Shown: piece by piece, positions 27,681-41,624 of the stretch
Layout of the letters: every line of letters begins with the position of its first letter
Numbering within the stretch: position 1 is the stretch's first letter
Assembly (NCBI RefSeq): GCF_009914755.1
Contig: NC_060925.1
Direction: 5' to 3' (one strand)
DNA from: the human T2T-CHM13v2.0 reference genome, Homo sapiens
Length of the DNA stretch: 64,000 nucleotides
Made by a program: the position numbers and the translations under genes
The notes under the pieces: model-generated
Told to the model about the DNA's origin: nothing
What the model saw: the letters and a program-made list of their open reading frames with translations, nothing else
The model's database searches: none

Positions 27681-28757
27681 ACCCCCAGACATGGTTGTCG
27701 TCCAGGAAGCTCTGCAGGCCCTCTGCCCTCCCAGTGTCCAGTGGAGTGAGGGCTCAGGGACTGGAAGGAGTAGAGGGGTCCTGGGAGGCACGTGAAGCAG
27801 AGGAGGACAAGCAAAAGGCTGTGAGGATTAGAAGGAGATGGAGACTGAGGCAGAAAAAAGGAGAGTTGAGAGGGATGAGAACAAAGAGACAATGAACAAA
27901 AACAGTGGGGTGGAAAAAAATAGTCAAGGAGAAGGAGGGTGGGGGACAGAGAAATGGAGAAGGAGAGAGAGAAGCAAAGGAAGCAAGGTGGGAGAGTATG
28001 AGAGGGATGAGGAAGACAGGGTGACAACCACGAGATCAAGGTGGATGGGGGGTGGGAGCAGAAGGGCAAGGCCCCTCAGGGAGGTGAGGGACCCAAAGCA
28101 GAGGGGCTGTGGGTGCCAGGGGGCTCCCTGGGGAGACTCCTGCCAGTCACCTGTGCTACCTGGATATACCCCTCACACCCCCACCCTCCACTTGCCAGCC
28201 GATCACTGGGGCAGAAGGTGGGATCTCCATCTGTCCCTCCTCATTCCCCGGAGAAGCACCCAGAGAGATGTAGCTGCCATAAAGGGCTGGAGAAGTGGGC
28301 GCTGCCTTTGGGGCCCACGGGCCTATGGGGATGGGAGTGAGGCAGGCTGTGGGGCAGTGGGGTGAGTCTCTGAGCAGGGGCAGAAGGCTGGTGAGGGCCC
28401 AGGGGAGCCTACTGGGACAGCTGACCCAGGCTTCTAGGCCCCAGGGACAACCCAGGTCCCTGACCACGTGGTAGAGTGAAGAGGCCAGGAACAGAGGGCT
28501 TGGCTGAGTGTCCACATCAGGGGCTGGGCTTTCCGCAGAGAGCCTGGCTCTAGGCTGTCCGGAACAGCAGGACGGGGCTGGCAGAGCTTGGGACCCTCGA
28601 ACTCCATTGGGCCTACCTGACTGAGACCCCAGGAGAGCCAGGTCCTGCTCCTTTGGGGAGGCTGCCTGGGGGCCTCAGCCATACTGTGGGGCTCCTTGGG
28701 GAAAGGAATTCCTGGGTATTTTCTGGGGGCTGTTTTATGTTGTTTGTTTTGTCCTCG

Positions 28758-29135
28758 TGTCTTAGTCTACTCAGGCTGCCATGACAAAATACCATAGACC
28801 GGGTGGCTTAAACAGTAGACATTTACACTCTCACAGTTCTGGAAGCTGGAGGGCCAAGATCAGGATGCTAGCGTGGTTGGGGGCTGGTGAGGACTCCCTT
28901 CCTGGCTTGCAGACAGCCGCCTTCTCGCTGTGTCCTCACATAGTAGGGAGAGAGAGAGAGAGAGAGAGAGAATCTTACTCTTCTTAGAAGTCTTCCAATC
29001 CTATTGGATTAGGACCCTGGCCCCATGGCTTCATTGAACCTTAATTACCTTCTAAAGCTGTATCTCTGATTACGGTCACACTGGGGCTTTGAGCTTCAAC
29101 ATATGGATGTGGCAGGATACAATTCAGCCATAGCA
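28758..29135 (-). mobile_element. MLT1A-type (MaLR) solo LTR
   Basis: TGTCTTAGTC...GGCTGCCATGACAAAATACCATAGACCGGGTGGCTTAAAC...AATTCAGCCATAGCA; TSD CCTCG/CCTTG. Confidence 0.85.
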
Positions 29136-30619
29136 CCTTGAAATCACTTTGGAAAAAAAGATGGAGGTTTTCCTGGATCCTGCCTGTGCTCTCTAGAGAC
29201 TGGAGACAAGGGATCTGGTGCGAGCCGGGCTGGGCCCCTGGGTGACCCCCAGGCACTCACTGTCCCTCTCTAGACCTTTCTTTCCATTTATAAATGGCAA
29301 AGAGCCATCGACCCTGTCTCTGGAGGATGTTGGGAGAGATGATTAAGGTTATTTTTAAGTATGGAAAGCAGCCTTTGGAGATAGGCCTAGTGTAAATAAG
29401 GCTGGTTTTGTTACTCGTAATAAACATTTATTAAGCACCCACCGAGTTGCAGGCAGGCACTGCACAGAATACCAAAGAGAACCCAGCCCAGCCCCTCAAA
29501 CTTCCCACCAGCCCCTGCCTCGCTTCCTTTCTTCCCTCCCTCCCGTGGTTGTTGATGAGCAGAGAGAACCTGGCCTAAGCAGGCAGGCAGCCCCAGCTCC
29601 AAGAAAATCACATGACCATGGCTTTGCAGATCTCAAAACCGATGTGACACCCAGACCTCAGCCTGGCTGGGCCACAGAGCCCTCCACAGGCACCCAGAGG
29701 CCTGAGTCCCTCTGGGCTGTGTCACACTTAGAAGGCTCTCTCAGCCTCATCCCTGCACATCAGGAGGGAAGACAACGAGATGTCCAGTCTTTCCCTTCTA
29801 TGCCCAGTGGGCTTCATCGTGCGGGGAGGGCAATGAGACCAGCCCAAGCCCCAGATTGGCACTAGGAGCATTTCACATGCTGCCAGACTCCCGAGCACCC
29901 CCTCTGTGCCCACACGGACACAGTCTTCATGGGCCAGTCTTCATGGACCTTGCCTGCTAGTAGGAAGGAGCTAAAACAAGTGAGCGTAGCAGATCCATGA
30001 AAATGGGGACTTTTGTGTGTCCCACCCTGGGTCAGGGTCTGGGATGGAGGAGGCTCAGAGCAGACAGCTGTTAGGGAAATAAGTGAGGCCAGCTGAGTGA
30101 CCTTGGGGACGGGGACCTCAAGTGTGGATAATAACTCCAGAGCAGGGGTCCGTTCCCGGAATGTGGTTCTGGAAGGCACTCTGAGGAGGCAGCTTGGCTG
30201 GCAACCTGGCAGAGTAGAAGGGGCCCATGGTGGCAGCGGAGGAAGGCCACTCACCATGGAAGCATGGAGGGCAGGCCCTGAGGTCTGAACCACAGGCGAA
30301 GTGTGGTGATGAGGACCAGGGCAGGCAGGACTGCTCACAGGGACCCTGAAGGACAGGGGAGGGCCAGCTGCAGGAGAGCCTCCACACTCGACATGCAATT
30401 GCAGACATACACCTGAATGGCAGGCAGAAGCAGAGGTAAGGGACAAGTCTGAGTATTTGAAAGCTCTCAGCCAAGCTGTAGCAGTGGGACAGGGAAATGG
30501 TGGCGTCAACACAGGTGGTGGCCGATGACAGGGAAAGCAGTGGATGGATGGGAGACGTGCTTTGGAGACAGGCCAATAGGCCCAACCCCTGTGCCAGCCC
30601 AGCTTCCTGGTGGGTTGTT

Positions 30620-30795
30620 TGCACTGGTGGGTCCCACCTTGGTCCTGGATTATCCACATGTGAATCACCCAAGGACCTTATGAAAATGCACATCCTCAGG
30701 CCTGGGCCACAGAGAGCCTATAGTGGCTGTGGAATATGTATTTTCACAAGATGCTGGGGTGATTCAGATGGGCAGTCAGTCTATGGACTTCAAGT
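30620..30795. mobile_element. MER5-like hAT-Charlie MITE
   Basis: GAATCACCCAAGGACCTTATGAAAATGCACATCCTCAGGCC...TATTTTCACAAG...GGTGATTCAGATG. Confidence 0.6.
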
Positions 30796-30859
30796 CTGTG
30801 CCATGTATTTTATCCTGGGCTCAATCACCACCCATTGAAAGGTGAAGAGAGAAAACTCC

Positions 30860-31075
30860 GGTCCCAAACAAACTGAGATCACAGCTGGGCTCTGCCACTG
30901 TTAACCATTTGTCCTCAGGTATATAACCTAAACTTTCATTGCCTGTTTCCACATAGTAAAGTGAGGATAATACTATCACCTACCTAACTGGGTTGTTGCC
31001 AGAATTAAGTGAGTTAATAAATAGCATGCTCATAGAATATTGCCTGACAGATATAAGGTGATCAATAAATGTTTA
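30860..31075 (+). mobile_element. MIR SINE
   Basis: GGCTCTGCCACT...GGATAATACTATCACCTACC...GAATTAAGTGAGTTAATA...TCAATAAATGTT. Confidence 0.75.
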
Positions 31076-32860
31076 CCATTACCACCGTCATCACTACCAC
31101 CACCATCTCCATCATCATCATCATCACCACCACCATCTCCATTATCATCATCATGATCACTATCACCATCATCATCCTTATCATCACCATCACTACCACC
31201 ATCCATCATCAACATCACCATCATCATCACCACATCACCATCACCACCACCATCCATCATCAACATCACCGTCGTCATCATCACCAAATCACCATCATCA
31301 TCATCATCATCACCACATCACCATCACCACCACCATCCCTCATCAGGATCACCAGCATCATCACCACATCACCATCATCGACATCACTGTCATCACCACA
31401 TCACCATCACCACCACCATCCATCATCAACATCACCATCATCATCACCACATCACCATCAACATCATCACCACATCACCATCACCACCAACAACCATCAT
31501 CAACATCACCATCATCATCACCACATCACCATCACCACCAACAACCATCATCAGCATCACCATCATCATCACCACATCACCATCACCACCGACAACCATC
31601 ATCAACATCACCATCATCATCACCACATCACCATCATCATCACCATCACATCACCATCACCACCACCATCCATCAACATCGCCATCATCATTGTCACCAA
31701 ATCACCATCAAAATCATCACCACATCACCATCACCACCACCATCCAACATCAACATCACCATCCTCATCACCACATCACCATCATCATCACCATCACATC
31801 ACCATCACCACCACCATCCATCATCAACATCACCATCATCGTCATCACCAAATCACCATCATCATCATCACCACATCATCATCATCAACATCACCATCAT
31901 CACCGCATCACCATCACCACCACCATCCATCATCAACATCACCATCATCATCATCTCACTACCACCATCACCATCTCCATTATCATCATCACCACCACTA
32001 TCACTATCTCCATCATCATGATCCCTATCACCATCATCATATTATTACCATTACCATCATCACCACCATCATTCTCCATCATCATCATTACCACCACCAT
32101 CATCAACATCACCATCATCATCAGTGTCATCATCACCACCATCACCATCTCCATCATCATCACCACGATCATCACCATCTCCACTATCATCATCGTGGTC
32201 ACTATCACCATCATCATCCTTATCATCACCATTACCACCATCATCCATCATCATCACCATCATCATCATCATCACCAAATCACCATCATCATCATCACAT
32301 CACCATCACCACCACCAACCATCATCAACATCACCATCATCATCACCACATCACCATCATCATCATCATCACTACCACCATCACCACCACCAACCATCAT
32401 CAACATCACCATCATCACCACATCACCATCATCATCATCATCACTACCACCATCACCATCTCCATTATCATCACCACCACTATCAGTATCTCCATCATCA
32501 TCATGATCACTATCACCATCATCATATGATTACCATTACCTTCATCATTCTCCAACATCATCATCACCACCACCACATCAACATCACCATCTTCATCATC
32601 ACATCACCATCATCATCAGTGTCATCACCACCATCACCATCTTCATCATCATCATCATGATCACTATCACCATCATCATATTATTACTATTACCATCACT
32701 ACCATCATTCTCCAACATCACCATCATCATCACCACCATTGTCATCAACATAACCATCAGCAGCAGCATCACCATCATCATCACCACCATCATCATCATC
32801 ACTACCACCATCACCATCATCACCGCCACCATCACCAATCACCATCATTATTATTACTGT
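31073..32860. repeat. 1.8-kb compound (CAT/CAC)n array
   Basis: Near-continuous CAT/CAC triplets, almost no G on the + strand, internal 51-bp periodicity. Confidence 0.97.
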
Positions 32861-33859
32861 ACCACCCAGGTGCAGACAGTGTGTCCTGGATCCCAGCCCC
32901 TGCAGCCTCCATCCTAGCTGCCATCGTCAGGTCCCCTTAGTCAGGAAACACCCAGGAAGTGAGTTTTCCCATAAGCTAACTGCCCTGCCTAATCCTTTGG
33001 ACTCTTAGTGGAAAAGGTTCTAAAATCATGTGTCCATTTCCCTGCCTTATTAAAGACTGTATCAATTTAAAATGGCTTTTGCTTTGATCATTAGGGGTCC
33101 TGGGAGGCCTTGGGGCCGTCTTGCTTAATTCTACCGAGACCTTGGGTGGGAGATCAGGGATCCCTTGCTGGGCACTGGGGGGATCCAAAACTCCCTGCAG
33201 GACTGGTTGCCCCTCACGCCACCTCCTTCCTGTGATCCAATCCTGAAATTCATCCAGGAGAGTTCTTTTCCCTGGCTTCTGCTTTTGATCCCTGAGGAGA
33301 TGCAACCCTTCCTTTAAAAGTTCCTACATTCCACTGTAGGTCAATTACACTGTAACCTGAATTGGGGCCCTTTCAGAGAGGGCCGGAGAACTTATTGCTT
33401 AAGCTGGAAGGGTGGAGGGAGGAAGCACGGGGAGGAGGAAGCCAGGGGCAAACCCGGACCAGCCCGTGCATGTGCCAAGGGCTGGCCCAGGATGTCGGCA
33501 GTCACCAGCAGGAGTTTGGCTGCACATGGGCCCCAGCCAGAGACCTGGAGGCTGTTCTGCTATCAACTTTTAATTAAGGAAAGTCCTCTAGTGCCATTGA
33601 ACTTTGTCCTGAAAGTGGAAGGCAGGGGTGCCTTGCTGGTTGGTTCATCCAGTTTGTTCTCTGAGCCTGGCACTGCCCTGTTCACCAAGGCCAAGGTCCT
33701 GTCAGCCTCCTGCTGTGTCAGCACAGACCCTGCCTGGGACCCCTGCTTCCCCAGGTGGGTTTGAAGGGCCTCACCTCTGCTCTCCATCACCCCCCACCGC
33801 AGAGGGAAAATCAGTGTTATCATGCGAGGATGGGGATAGGGTACGGAGACTGGAGAGAG

Positions 33860-34060
33860 CCTGGGAGTCAGAATCCAAGCCTGGCCTCCCCCATGAACCA
33901 GCTGGGTGATGTCAGGAGGCTCCTTAACCACTCTGAGCCTCAGTTGCCTCAAGATGGGCAGCCTTTCTGTGTCGCCGGAGGTTGTGAGGATTAAAGGTGG
34001 TGTATCTGTAAGGTGTAAGGTGTCCCTCCCAGAGCCAGGCCTGTGCATGCTCTGCAACAA
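33860..34060 (+). mobile_element. MIR SINE
   Basis: GGAGTCAGAA...CTTAACCACTCTGAGCCTCAGTTGCCTC...GGTTGTGAGGATTAAA. Confidence 0.7.
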
Positions 34061-34098
34061 TCTGTGCCCAACTGCCTTCACCTTCATGGAAAACAAAG

Positions 34099-35815
34099 TG
34101 TCTTAGTCCATTGGGCTGCTATAGCAAAATGACATAAACTAGGCAGCTTTCAAACCAAACTTTATTTCCCACAGTTATGGAAGCAGCGAGTCCAAGATCA
34201 AGGTCCCAGTAGACTTAGTGTCTGCTGAGGGCTTTCTGGTTCATGGATAACCATCTTCTCACTGCGTCCTCACAGGGTGGAAGGGGCAAGGGATATCTCT
34301 CAGGCCTTTTTTCTAAGGCCATTAATCCAGTTTATGAGGATTCTTTTTCTTTACACTTTTTATGGTTTATTTTAGGTTCGGGGTACCTGTGCAGGTTTGT
34401 TATGTTGGTAAACTTGTGTCACAGGGGTTTGGCCTACAGATTATTTCATCACTCAGGTACTAAACATAGTACCCAATAACTATTTTTTTCTGATCCTTTC
34501 CCTCCTCCCACCTTCTGCCTTCAGGTAGGCCCCAATGTCTGTTGTTCCCCTCTTTGTGCCCATGTGTTCTTGTTATTTTAGCTCCCAATTATAAGTGAGA
34601 ACATGCAGTAGTTGGTTTTCTGTTCCTGTGTTAGTCTGCTTAGGAAATGGCCTCCAGCTCTATCCATGTTGCTGCAAAGGACATGATCTTGCTCTTTTTT
34701 TATGGCTGCATAGTATTCCACGGTGCATATGTATCACATTTTCTTTATCCAGTCTATAGTTAGTGGACATTTAGATTGATTCTATGTCTTTGCTATTGTG
34801 AATAGTGCTGCAGTGAACATATGCATGCGTGTGTCTTTATGGTGGAACAATTTATATTCCTTTGGGTATATATCCAGTAATGAGATTGCTAGGTCGAATG
34901 GGAGTTCTGTTATTAGTTCTTTGAGGAATCACCATACTGCTCTCCACAATAGCTGAACTAATTTACACTCCCATCATCAGTGTATAAGTGTCCCCTTTTC
35001 TCTGCAACCTCACCAGCATCTGTTACCTTTTGATTTTTTAATAATAGGCATTCTGATTCCTGTGAGATGGTATCTCATTGTGGTTTTGATTTGCATTTCT
35101 CTAATGATTAGTGATGTTGAGCATTTTTCATATGCCTATTGGCCGCATGTATGTCTTCTTTTGAAAAGTGTTTGTTCATGTCCTTTTGCCTATGTTTTAA
35201 CGGGGTTGTTTGTTTTTAGCTTGTAAATCTGTTTATGTTCCTTATAGATTCTGGATATTAGACCTTTGTCAGAAGCATAGTTTGTAAATATTTTCTCCAA
35301 TTCTGTGGGTTGTCTGTTTACTCTGTTGACAGTTTCCTTTGCTGCGCAGAAGCTCTTTAGTTTAATTAGATCCCATTTGTCAATTTTGGCTTTTGTTGCA
35401 CTTGTTTTTGGTGTCTTCATCATGAAAGTTTTGCCAGTTCCTATATCCAGAATGGTATTTTCTAGCTTATCTTCCAGGGTTTTTATGGTTTTAGGTCTTA
35501 CATTTAAGTCTTTAATCCATCTTGAGTTGATTTTTTTATATGATATAAGGAAGGAGTCCAGTTTCAGTCTTCTATATATGGCTAACCAGTTGTCCCAGCA
35601 CCATTTATTGAATAAAGAGTTCTTTCCCCATTGCTTGTTTTTGTCAGCTTCGTCAGAGATTAGATGGTTGTAGGTGTGAGGCATTCCCATTCATGTGAGC
35701 TCCATCCCCGTGACTCAATCATCTCCCAAACCCCCACCTCCTAATACCATCACCTGGGGGTTTAGGATTTCAACATAGGAATTTGGGGGAAGACACACAT
35801 GTTCAGACCAGAGCA
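34099..35815 (-). mobile_element. MLT1A-type solo LTR split by an L1 (pieces 34099-34341 and 35684-35815)
   Basis: TGTCTTAGTCCATTGGGCTGCTATAGCAAAAT... resumes as CCCATTCATG...CCACCTCCTAATACCATCAC...TTCAGACCAGAGCA; TSD CAAAG/GAAAG. Confidence 0.8.
34342..35683 (-). mobile_element. 5'-truncated primate L1 (old L1PA/L1PB) 3' end
   Basis: L1 3' UTR plus ORF2 fragment [14 protein letters not shown]...[14 protein letters not shown] (35190-35690). Confidence 0.9.
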
Positions 35816-36464
35816 GAAAGGAAGCTTGCTAAAGACAGAAGGGAAATGGAAGACGAAGATAAAAGGCTGCCAGGGCTGGCCAAGGGCCCAGTCTGATAAG
35901 AAACCGCACCTGTGATCCAGCTATCTGTATGGACAGCCACCCCCTTGCCCATCCCTCTCAGCCCCAGCCCAGCCCCAGCTCTTCCAGAAACAGGCAGCCG
36001 GCGCCTGAACTCACCAAAGCCTTATGCCTGGCCTGTGTTCTACCAGGAAGCAATGTCTTATTTTAAGCCATATTTGTTTTTCTGGTTCAGAAGGGTTTAC
36101 TCCTGGACAAGACTCAAGTTCTTGCACTGGGCAAACCTAATGGAGTGGCATGCAGGAACAGGGTTAGCATGCTAAGGATCGATGGAAACTGGGGAAAGAA
36201 AAACCTGGCAAAGCACCCTACTTAACCCTCAGAGTGCCAGGGCCCTGCTCCCCAGAACCCCTTGCACCTTTGCAGCTGGGCACACCATGGAGTTTACACA
36301 GATTGACAAACCCTCTTGGGCAGTGGGACTATGGTTCCCATTTTAGGGTCAAAGAAACTGAGGCTTTGGAGAGTGAACTGCTGGTCAGCCTGAGGTTTGC
36401 CTGTGCTCAGCGGGGCCACAGCTGCTTCCGTGCCATCCAGATAATGGTGTTTCTATGAAGGGAA

Positions 36465-37125
36465 CAGTGGTCCCTGGCTGCCCTAATAAATTACCACTGA
36501 CCGGGTGGCTTAAAACAGCAGACATTTATGCTCTCACGGTGCAGGAGTCCAGAGATGTCCAAAACCACAGCGCCAGCAGGGCCAGTTCCTTCCAGGAGAG
36601 CCTATGCCCGGCCTCCCCGCCTCCGCTGGCTCCTGGCAAGCATTGGTACCCCTTGGCTTGCAGCTATGTCACTCTGATCTCGGCCTGTGTCTTTGCAGGG
36701 CCTTCTCCCTGGGTGCCTCTAGTGTGTCTCTCCAGCTATTGCATCTAGGACCACTCTACTGCAGCATGACATCATCGTTTTTTGGGTTTTTTTGGGTTTG
36801 TTCTTGTTGTTTTGAGACAGAGTCTCGCTCTGTTGCCCGGGCTGGAGTGCAGTGGCGCCATCTTGGCTCAGTACAAGCTCTGTCTCCTGGGTTCAAGCGA
36901 TTCTCCTGCCTCAGCCTCCCGTGTAGCTGGGATTACAGGCGTGCACCACCATGCCCGGCTAATTTTTGTATTTTTAGTAGAGATGGGGTTTCACCCTGTT
37001 GGCCATGCTGTTCTCAAACTCCTGACCTCAGGTGATCCATCTGCCTCAGCCTCCCAAGGTGTGAAGATTACAGGCATGCATGACCTCATCTTAACAAATT
37101 ACTTCCATAAAGGCTCAATTTACCT
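36465..37125 (-). mobile_element. MLT1C/D-like LTR fragment, interrupted by an Alu
   Basis: GGCTGCCCTAATAAATTACCAC...GGTGGCTTAAAACAGCAGACATTTAT...GCATGACCTCATCTTAAC. Confidence 0.7.
36777..37077 (-). mobile_element. Alu SINE (AluS-type), slightly 5'-truncated
   Basis: Ends at GATTACAGGCAT; TSD GCATGACATCATC (36764-36776) / GCATGACCTCATC (37078-37090). Confidence 0.9.
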
Positions 37126-38171
37126 GAGCCAGGAGAGGGCTCTCAGGGCTTCCCTGCAGGTGTCCACCCGACAGGCGGCAGCATGTGGGCCGTGCAGGGA
37201 GTAACAGGAGAAAGACACAACACCATGTGCCGAGCTCTGAGCCAAGGGCTGGGAGCTGGGAGCTGCGAGCTGGTCCTGTGCACCTGCCAAACAGACCTTC
37301 CAAGCAGACACTGCCAGGCGTTATACATGACTGTGGAAATGGGGCGGTGCCTGAACCCACCCAGGAAGGAAGGGCAGCCCACTCCCCTTGCCCCCATCAG
37401 GGAGCCCTGGCAAGTGAGCTGTGGTGTTGGGGAACACGTGGCACCTCGTTTGCACAGCCCAGGATGTGCAGGGATGCTCCCTGGCCAGCTGAGTGGAAAA
37501 ATAAATTACCTGAGGGGCTGACTCAGGCCGGTCATTTTGCCAGTGAAGCTCTGCTAACGCTCACTGGGCACGGGCCACGATCAATATGCCTCTATTTTTA
37601 ACTCCAGGATCAGCAGGGTCATTTTCCAGAGAACACGGGCTGTTTATTTAGCTTCCTCTCGACGCGATGCAGAGAGGTCCGCCTGGCCAGCTCTGTCCCG
37701 TGCCAAGCCAACCGGCTAACCTCAGCCGTCTGTGCCTTCCTGGGGACAGTCTTTAGACTTTCAGGGGTCAGGTAGAGAGAGGCCAGGTGTCAGGCTGGCT
37801 GAGATGGAAGAAAAGTTCCAGGCTTCCCACCTCCAGCCAACTTGGCTTCCACCTGCCAGTTTCATTTTGCAGGCCCCAGACCCACAAGCTCTTGGCTTAC
37901 TGAGAGGTCCGTGCCCCAACCCCAGCCCAGTCCCAGAGCTCCACCAGGGAAGGACGGACATGTCGACCAGCAATAGTGCTAAGCCTAGTGGCAGCCGCAT
38001 GTTGAGCTCTGGGCTGCTGCTTCATGCACATTCCCTGCCTCTGACGCAGCAGGATTCTGCTTCTGTCTGTGCCTCTGTGGTCTCATCTGTAGAATGGGCT
38101 AATATTGTTGCCTTGGATAGTGGTGAGGATCACATGAAATAACTCATGTTGGGTGCTCAGCTCTGTTTCTG

Positions 38172-38298
38172 GCCAATGATAAGTACTCAATAGATGTCAG
38201 CTGATGCCTTTGTGGTTATTCTTTGCTGAATGCCACAACACCTCAAGCTGAGAGTCAAGCCCAAGGGACTCAGTAGCCTGAGCTGTGCCTCTGCACTG
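38172..38298 (+). repeat. Dispersed direct repeat, copy 1 (MIR 3' end plus unique flank)
   Basis: 38183-38298 matches 40002-40117 at 109/116 positions. Confidence 0.92.
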
Positions 38299-38844
38299 AA
38301 TTCCTCTACCCCACACTGCCCCGACTCTGTCTCTCTGGATAGAGGCCTCCTTGTTTTTTAGTGCATCAAAATCACTCCCACCAAACAGAGAGGCAGGGAG
38401 GTGGGTCAGACGTCCTCCCAGAACACAGGCCCCATATCAAGCTAAGTTCCTCCTGTTTCTTAGGGGCAGAATCCAGTTTACAGAACATGGAACCAGAGTT
38501 TGCAGATGGCCTGTCATGTGTACAGCCCTGAGGCAGGAGAAAGGAAATGAGATCTAAGCCTGCCTCTGCCTCAAATGCCCATGTGACTTTGGGCTAGTCA
38601 CCTCCCTGCCCAGGGCCTCAGTTTCTGCCCCAGCAAAACCATGGCCAAAAGGGTTCATCACTTTAAATAACATGTATCAAGGAGGAGTCTGAGTTCTGGC
38701 TCAGAGGGAAAGAGTGCAGTGATTGATTAGTAATGTCTGGCCCAGGTGTAGGCAGGGAAAGATGAGGCACACTTGTTACTTACTTGTCATAGAGCTAAGT
38801 GGTAACACCTTATTGGATGAGACCCTGGGGAAGAGGAAAGCTGA

Positions 38845-39331
<487 letters not shown>

Positions 39332-39346
39332 AATTAAGGGCCTTCC

Positions 39347-39707
39347 TGTTACAGACCAAATGTTTGTGTTGTCTCCCCAAAATTCATACATTAAAATCCT
39401 AGCCCCCACAGTGATGGTATTAGGAAGTGGGGATTTGGAGCGTTGTTTAGGTTATGAGTGAATACAATTAGTGCCCTTATAAAACCTTATAAAAGAGGCC
39501 CAAGAGAGACACCTCAGACCTTCCACCGTGTGAGGACGCAAGCAAGAAGGCACTGTCTAGGAACCAGGAAGGGGCCTCACCAGACACTGAATTGATGGTG
39601 CCTTGATCTTGGACTTTCCAGCCTCCAGAACTGGAAATCCATTTCTGTTCTTTATAAACCACCCAGACTATGATATTCTGCTATCACAGCCCAAATGGAC
39701 TAAGACA
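39347..39707 (+). mobile_element. MLT1A-type solo LTR
   Basis: TGTTACAGACCAAATGTTTGTG...CCCAAAATTCATA...CCTTGATCTTGGACTTTCCAGCCTCCAGAACT...GGACTAAGACA. Confidence 0.85.
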
Positions 39708-39990
39708 TGTGAGGTGCAGAATGGATTGAGATGCCACACGGTGGAGAGTGATGGGAGCGGGTGCTGCAGCTGAGGGGAGCAGTACTAGGGAGCCAGCAAC
39801 CATCCTTGAGAGAGTGCATGGCCCCAGGAAGGTCGGATTGTAGGAAAGATTGCCTGGCAGGGGTGTGCAGGATCCACCAGAGCAGAGAGGTAGGAGGACG
39901 GGGGATTGGCCATCACAGATACAGGGAATTTGTTAATGAAGATCTGTCTTATGGCTCTGAAAGTGGAGAAAGGGGCTGAATGCATGGGGT

Positions 39991-40117
39991 GCCAAGAATA
40001 GGTACTCAATAGATGCCAGCTAATGCCTTTGTGGTTATTCTTTGCTGAACGCCACAACTCCTCAAGCCGAGAGTCAAACCCAAGGGACTCAGTAGCCTGG
40101 GCTGTGCCTCTGCACTG
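39991..40117 (+). repeat. Dispersed direct repeat, copy 2
   Basis: Offset 1819 bp from copy 1. Confidence 0.92.
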
Positions 40118-40713
40118 GGGAGATGGGACTGATTGGTGTGAGGGATCAACAAGCCAGCATCGTCCTCCCCCGGAGGCCCAGTGTGCTTGGCTGTGAGATC
40201 AGAGGCCTGGAGGAGACGTTCCTCAGATCCCTGTCACCTCTGTTTGGCTAGGACTGTGGCCTCCCTATGTGCTCCAGAAACTCATCTGGTGTGTAGAACG
40301 AGGTGTGCCATCACTGAAAAGGGCCCCCCCTTGTGCTTATTTTTTGCAGATTAACAAACTTTAAGGAGTAGCCCCAACCTCTCCCAGCCCCTCAGGAGGG
40401 AAGCAAGGCCACCTGTGTCAGCACTCCTTCTCACCGTCACAGACCATGGCTCCCTCTAACGGTTGCCTGTGACTGGTCGGGAATTTCACAGGCTCTGACC
40501 ATTCTCACTCACCAGCCGGCCTGGAAGGAAGTCCCATCTAGACACGTGCCCAGGGACTTTGTTTTGGAGATGCCCCTACAACCCTTTTTTTTTTTAAGCA
40601 TTGAATTTCCTTCCTAACTGCAAACGCTCCCGGTGGTGTAAAATGGGTTGATGTTCTTCACACTCACACCGTCCTGCATGTCTTTACAGTGGTCTCATAA
40701 GGTTTTATTTAAA

Positions 40714-40925
40714 GCAATGGTCAGCCAATTTTTTCTTAAATGGTCAGATAGTATATTCTGCTTTGTGGTCTCTGTTGAAACTACCCAACACTGCCATTGT
40801 AGCAGAAAAGCCACCAGAGGCAATATATCGATGAATGCACTGGCTGTGTTCCAATAAAACTTTATTTACAAAAATAGATGGCGGGCCAGATTTGGGCCTA
40901 TGGACTATAGTTTGCCAACCCCTGG
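40714..40925. mobile_element. MER58A hAT-Charlie MITE
   Basis: GGCTGTGTTCCAATAAAACTTTATTTACAAAAA...GGGCCAGATTTGG...TAGTTTGCCAACCCCTG. Confidence 0.85.
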
Positions 40926-40929
40926 CCTA

Positions 40930-41225
40930 GATCATCATTTTCAAAACTATAGTTGAAGGTCACCGTTATTTGCTGCCCCACAAAAACAGGATTCTGCCGT
41001 CAGATGAGTTCAGGGAACACTGGGTACAACAAAGGTTGATGGGTTTTCCCAGACTGTTTAATATGTTAATCTCACATTGTGAGTCCCCATGATGGGAGTT
41101 ACTGTGCACATGTTCCTAACGCATTTGACTGTGAGCCCTGATTTCCGAGAGGACCTGGGAACTTTTTTTTCTCCCTACACACCCCTGTTCATGTCTCTCT
41201 TGAAACACAGTTTAGGAAAGTTCAC
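40930..41225. mobile_element. Ancient hAT-Charlie relic (MER112-like)
   Basis: TTTAATATGTTAATCTCACATTGTGAGTCCCC...AAACACAGTTTAGGAAA. Confidence 0.45.
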
Positions 41226-41624
41226 TAAAAGAATCTAGGTGGTCACACCCAGGTGCCCTCTGTGGATCCTGTTGGAGGGGAGGACAGGGGCCGTGGCCTG
41301 CTCCAGGGTCATGCACATCAACAATCCAGTGGCTTCTCCACAAAGAGAAAGCCGAGGCCCTGGGTCCTCCAGGGAGCCGGGAGCACCAAGGACAAAGCCA
41401 CGTGTCCCTCCCCGCCAGGCTCTCACAGCAGCTTGCTCGGGAAGACCCCTTGTTCCCAGGGCAAGGGCCAAGCGGTGTGGAGGCTGGGTCCCACAGATGC
41501 CACTGGGGAAGGGCTGGCTCACCTGCCCTCCGCCCCTACCGACAGGGTCGCCGGAAAGGACACGTGCATCCAAGCGGCTCCCATATCCGTGGCAATGGAT
41601 GGCCGTGCCCTGTGGATATGGAGC

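Noticed and set aside
31069-32529. 486-aa His/Ile/Thr/Ser-rich ORF and overlapping ORFs
   Set aside because: Artefact of a G-poor CAT/CAC array that rarely forms stop codons; several frames are open and there is no gene context.
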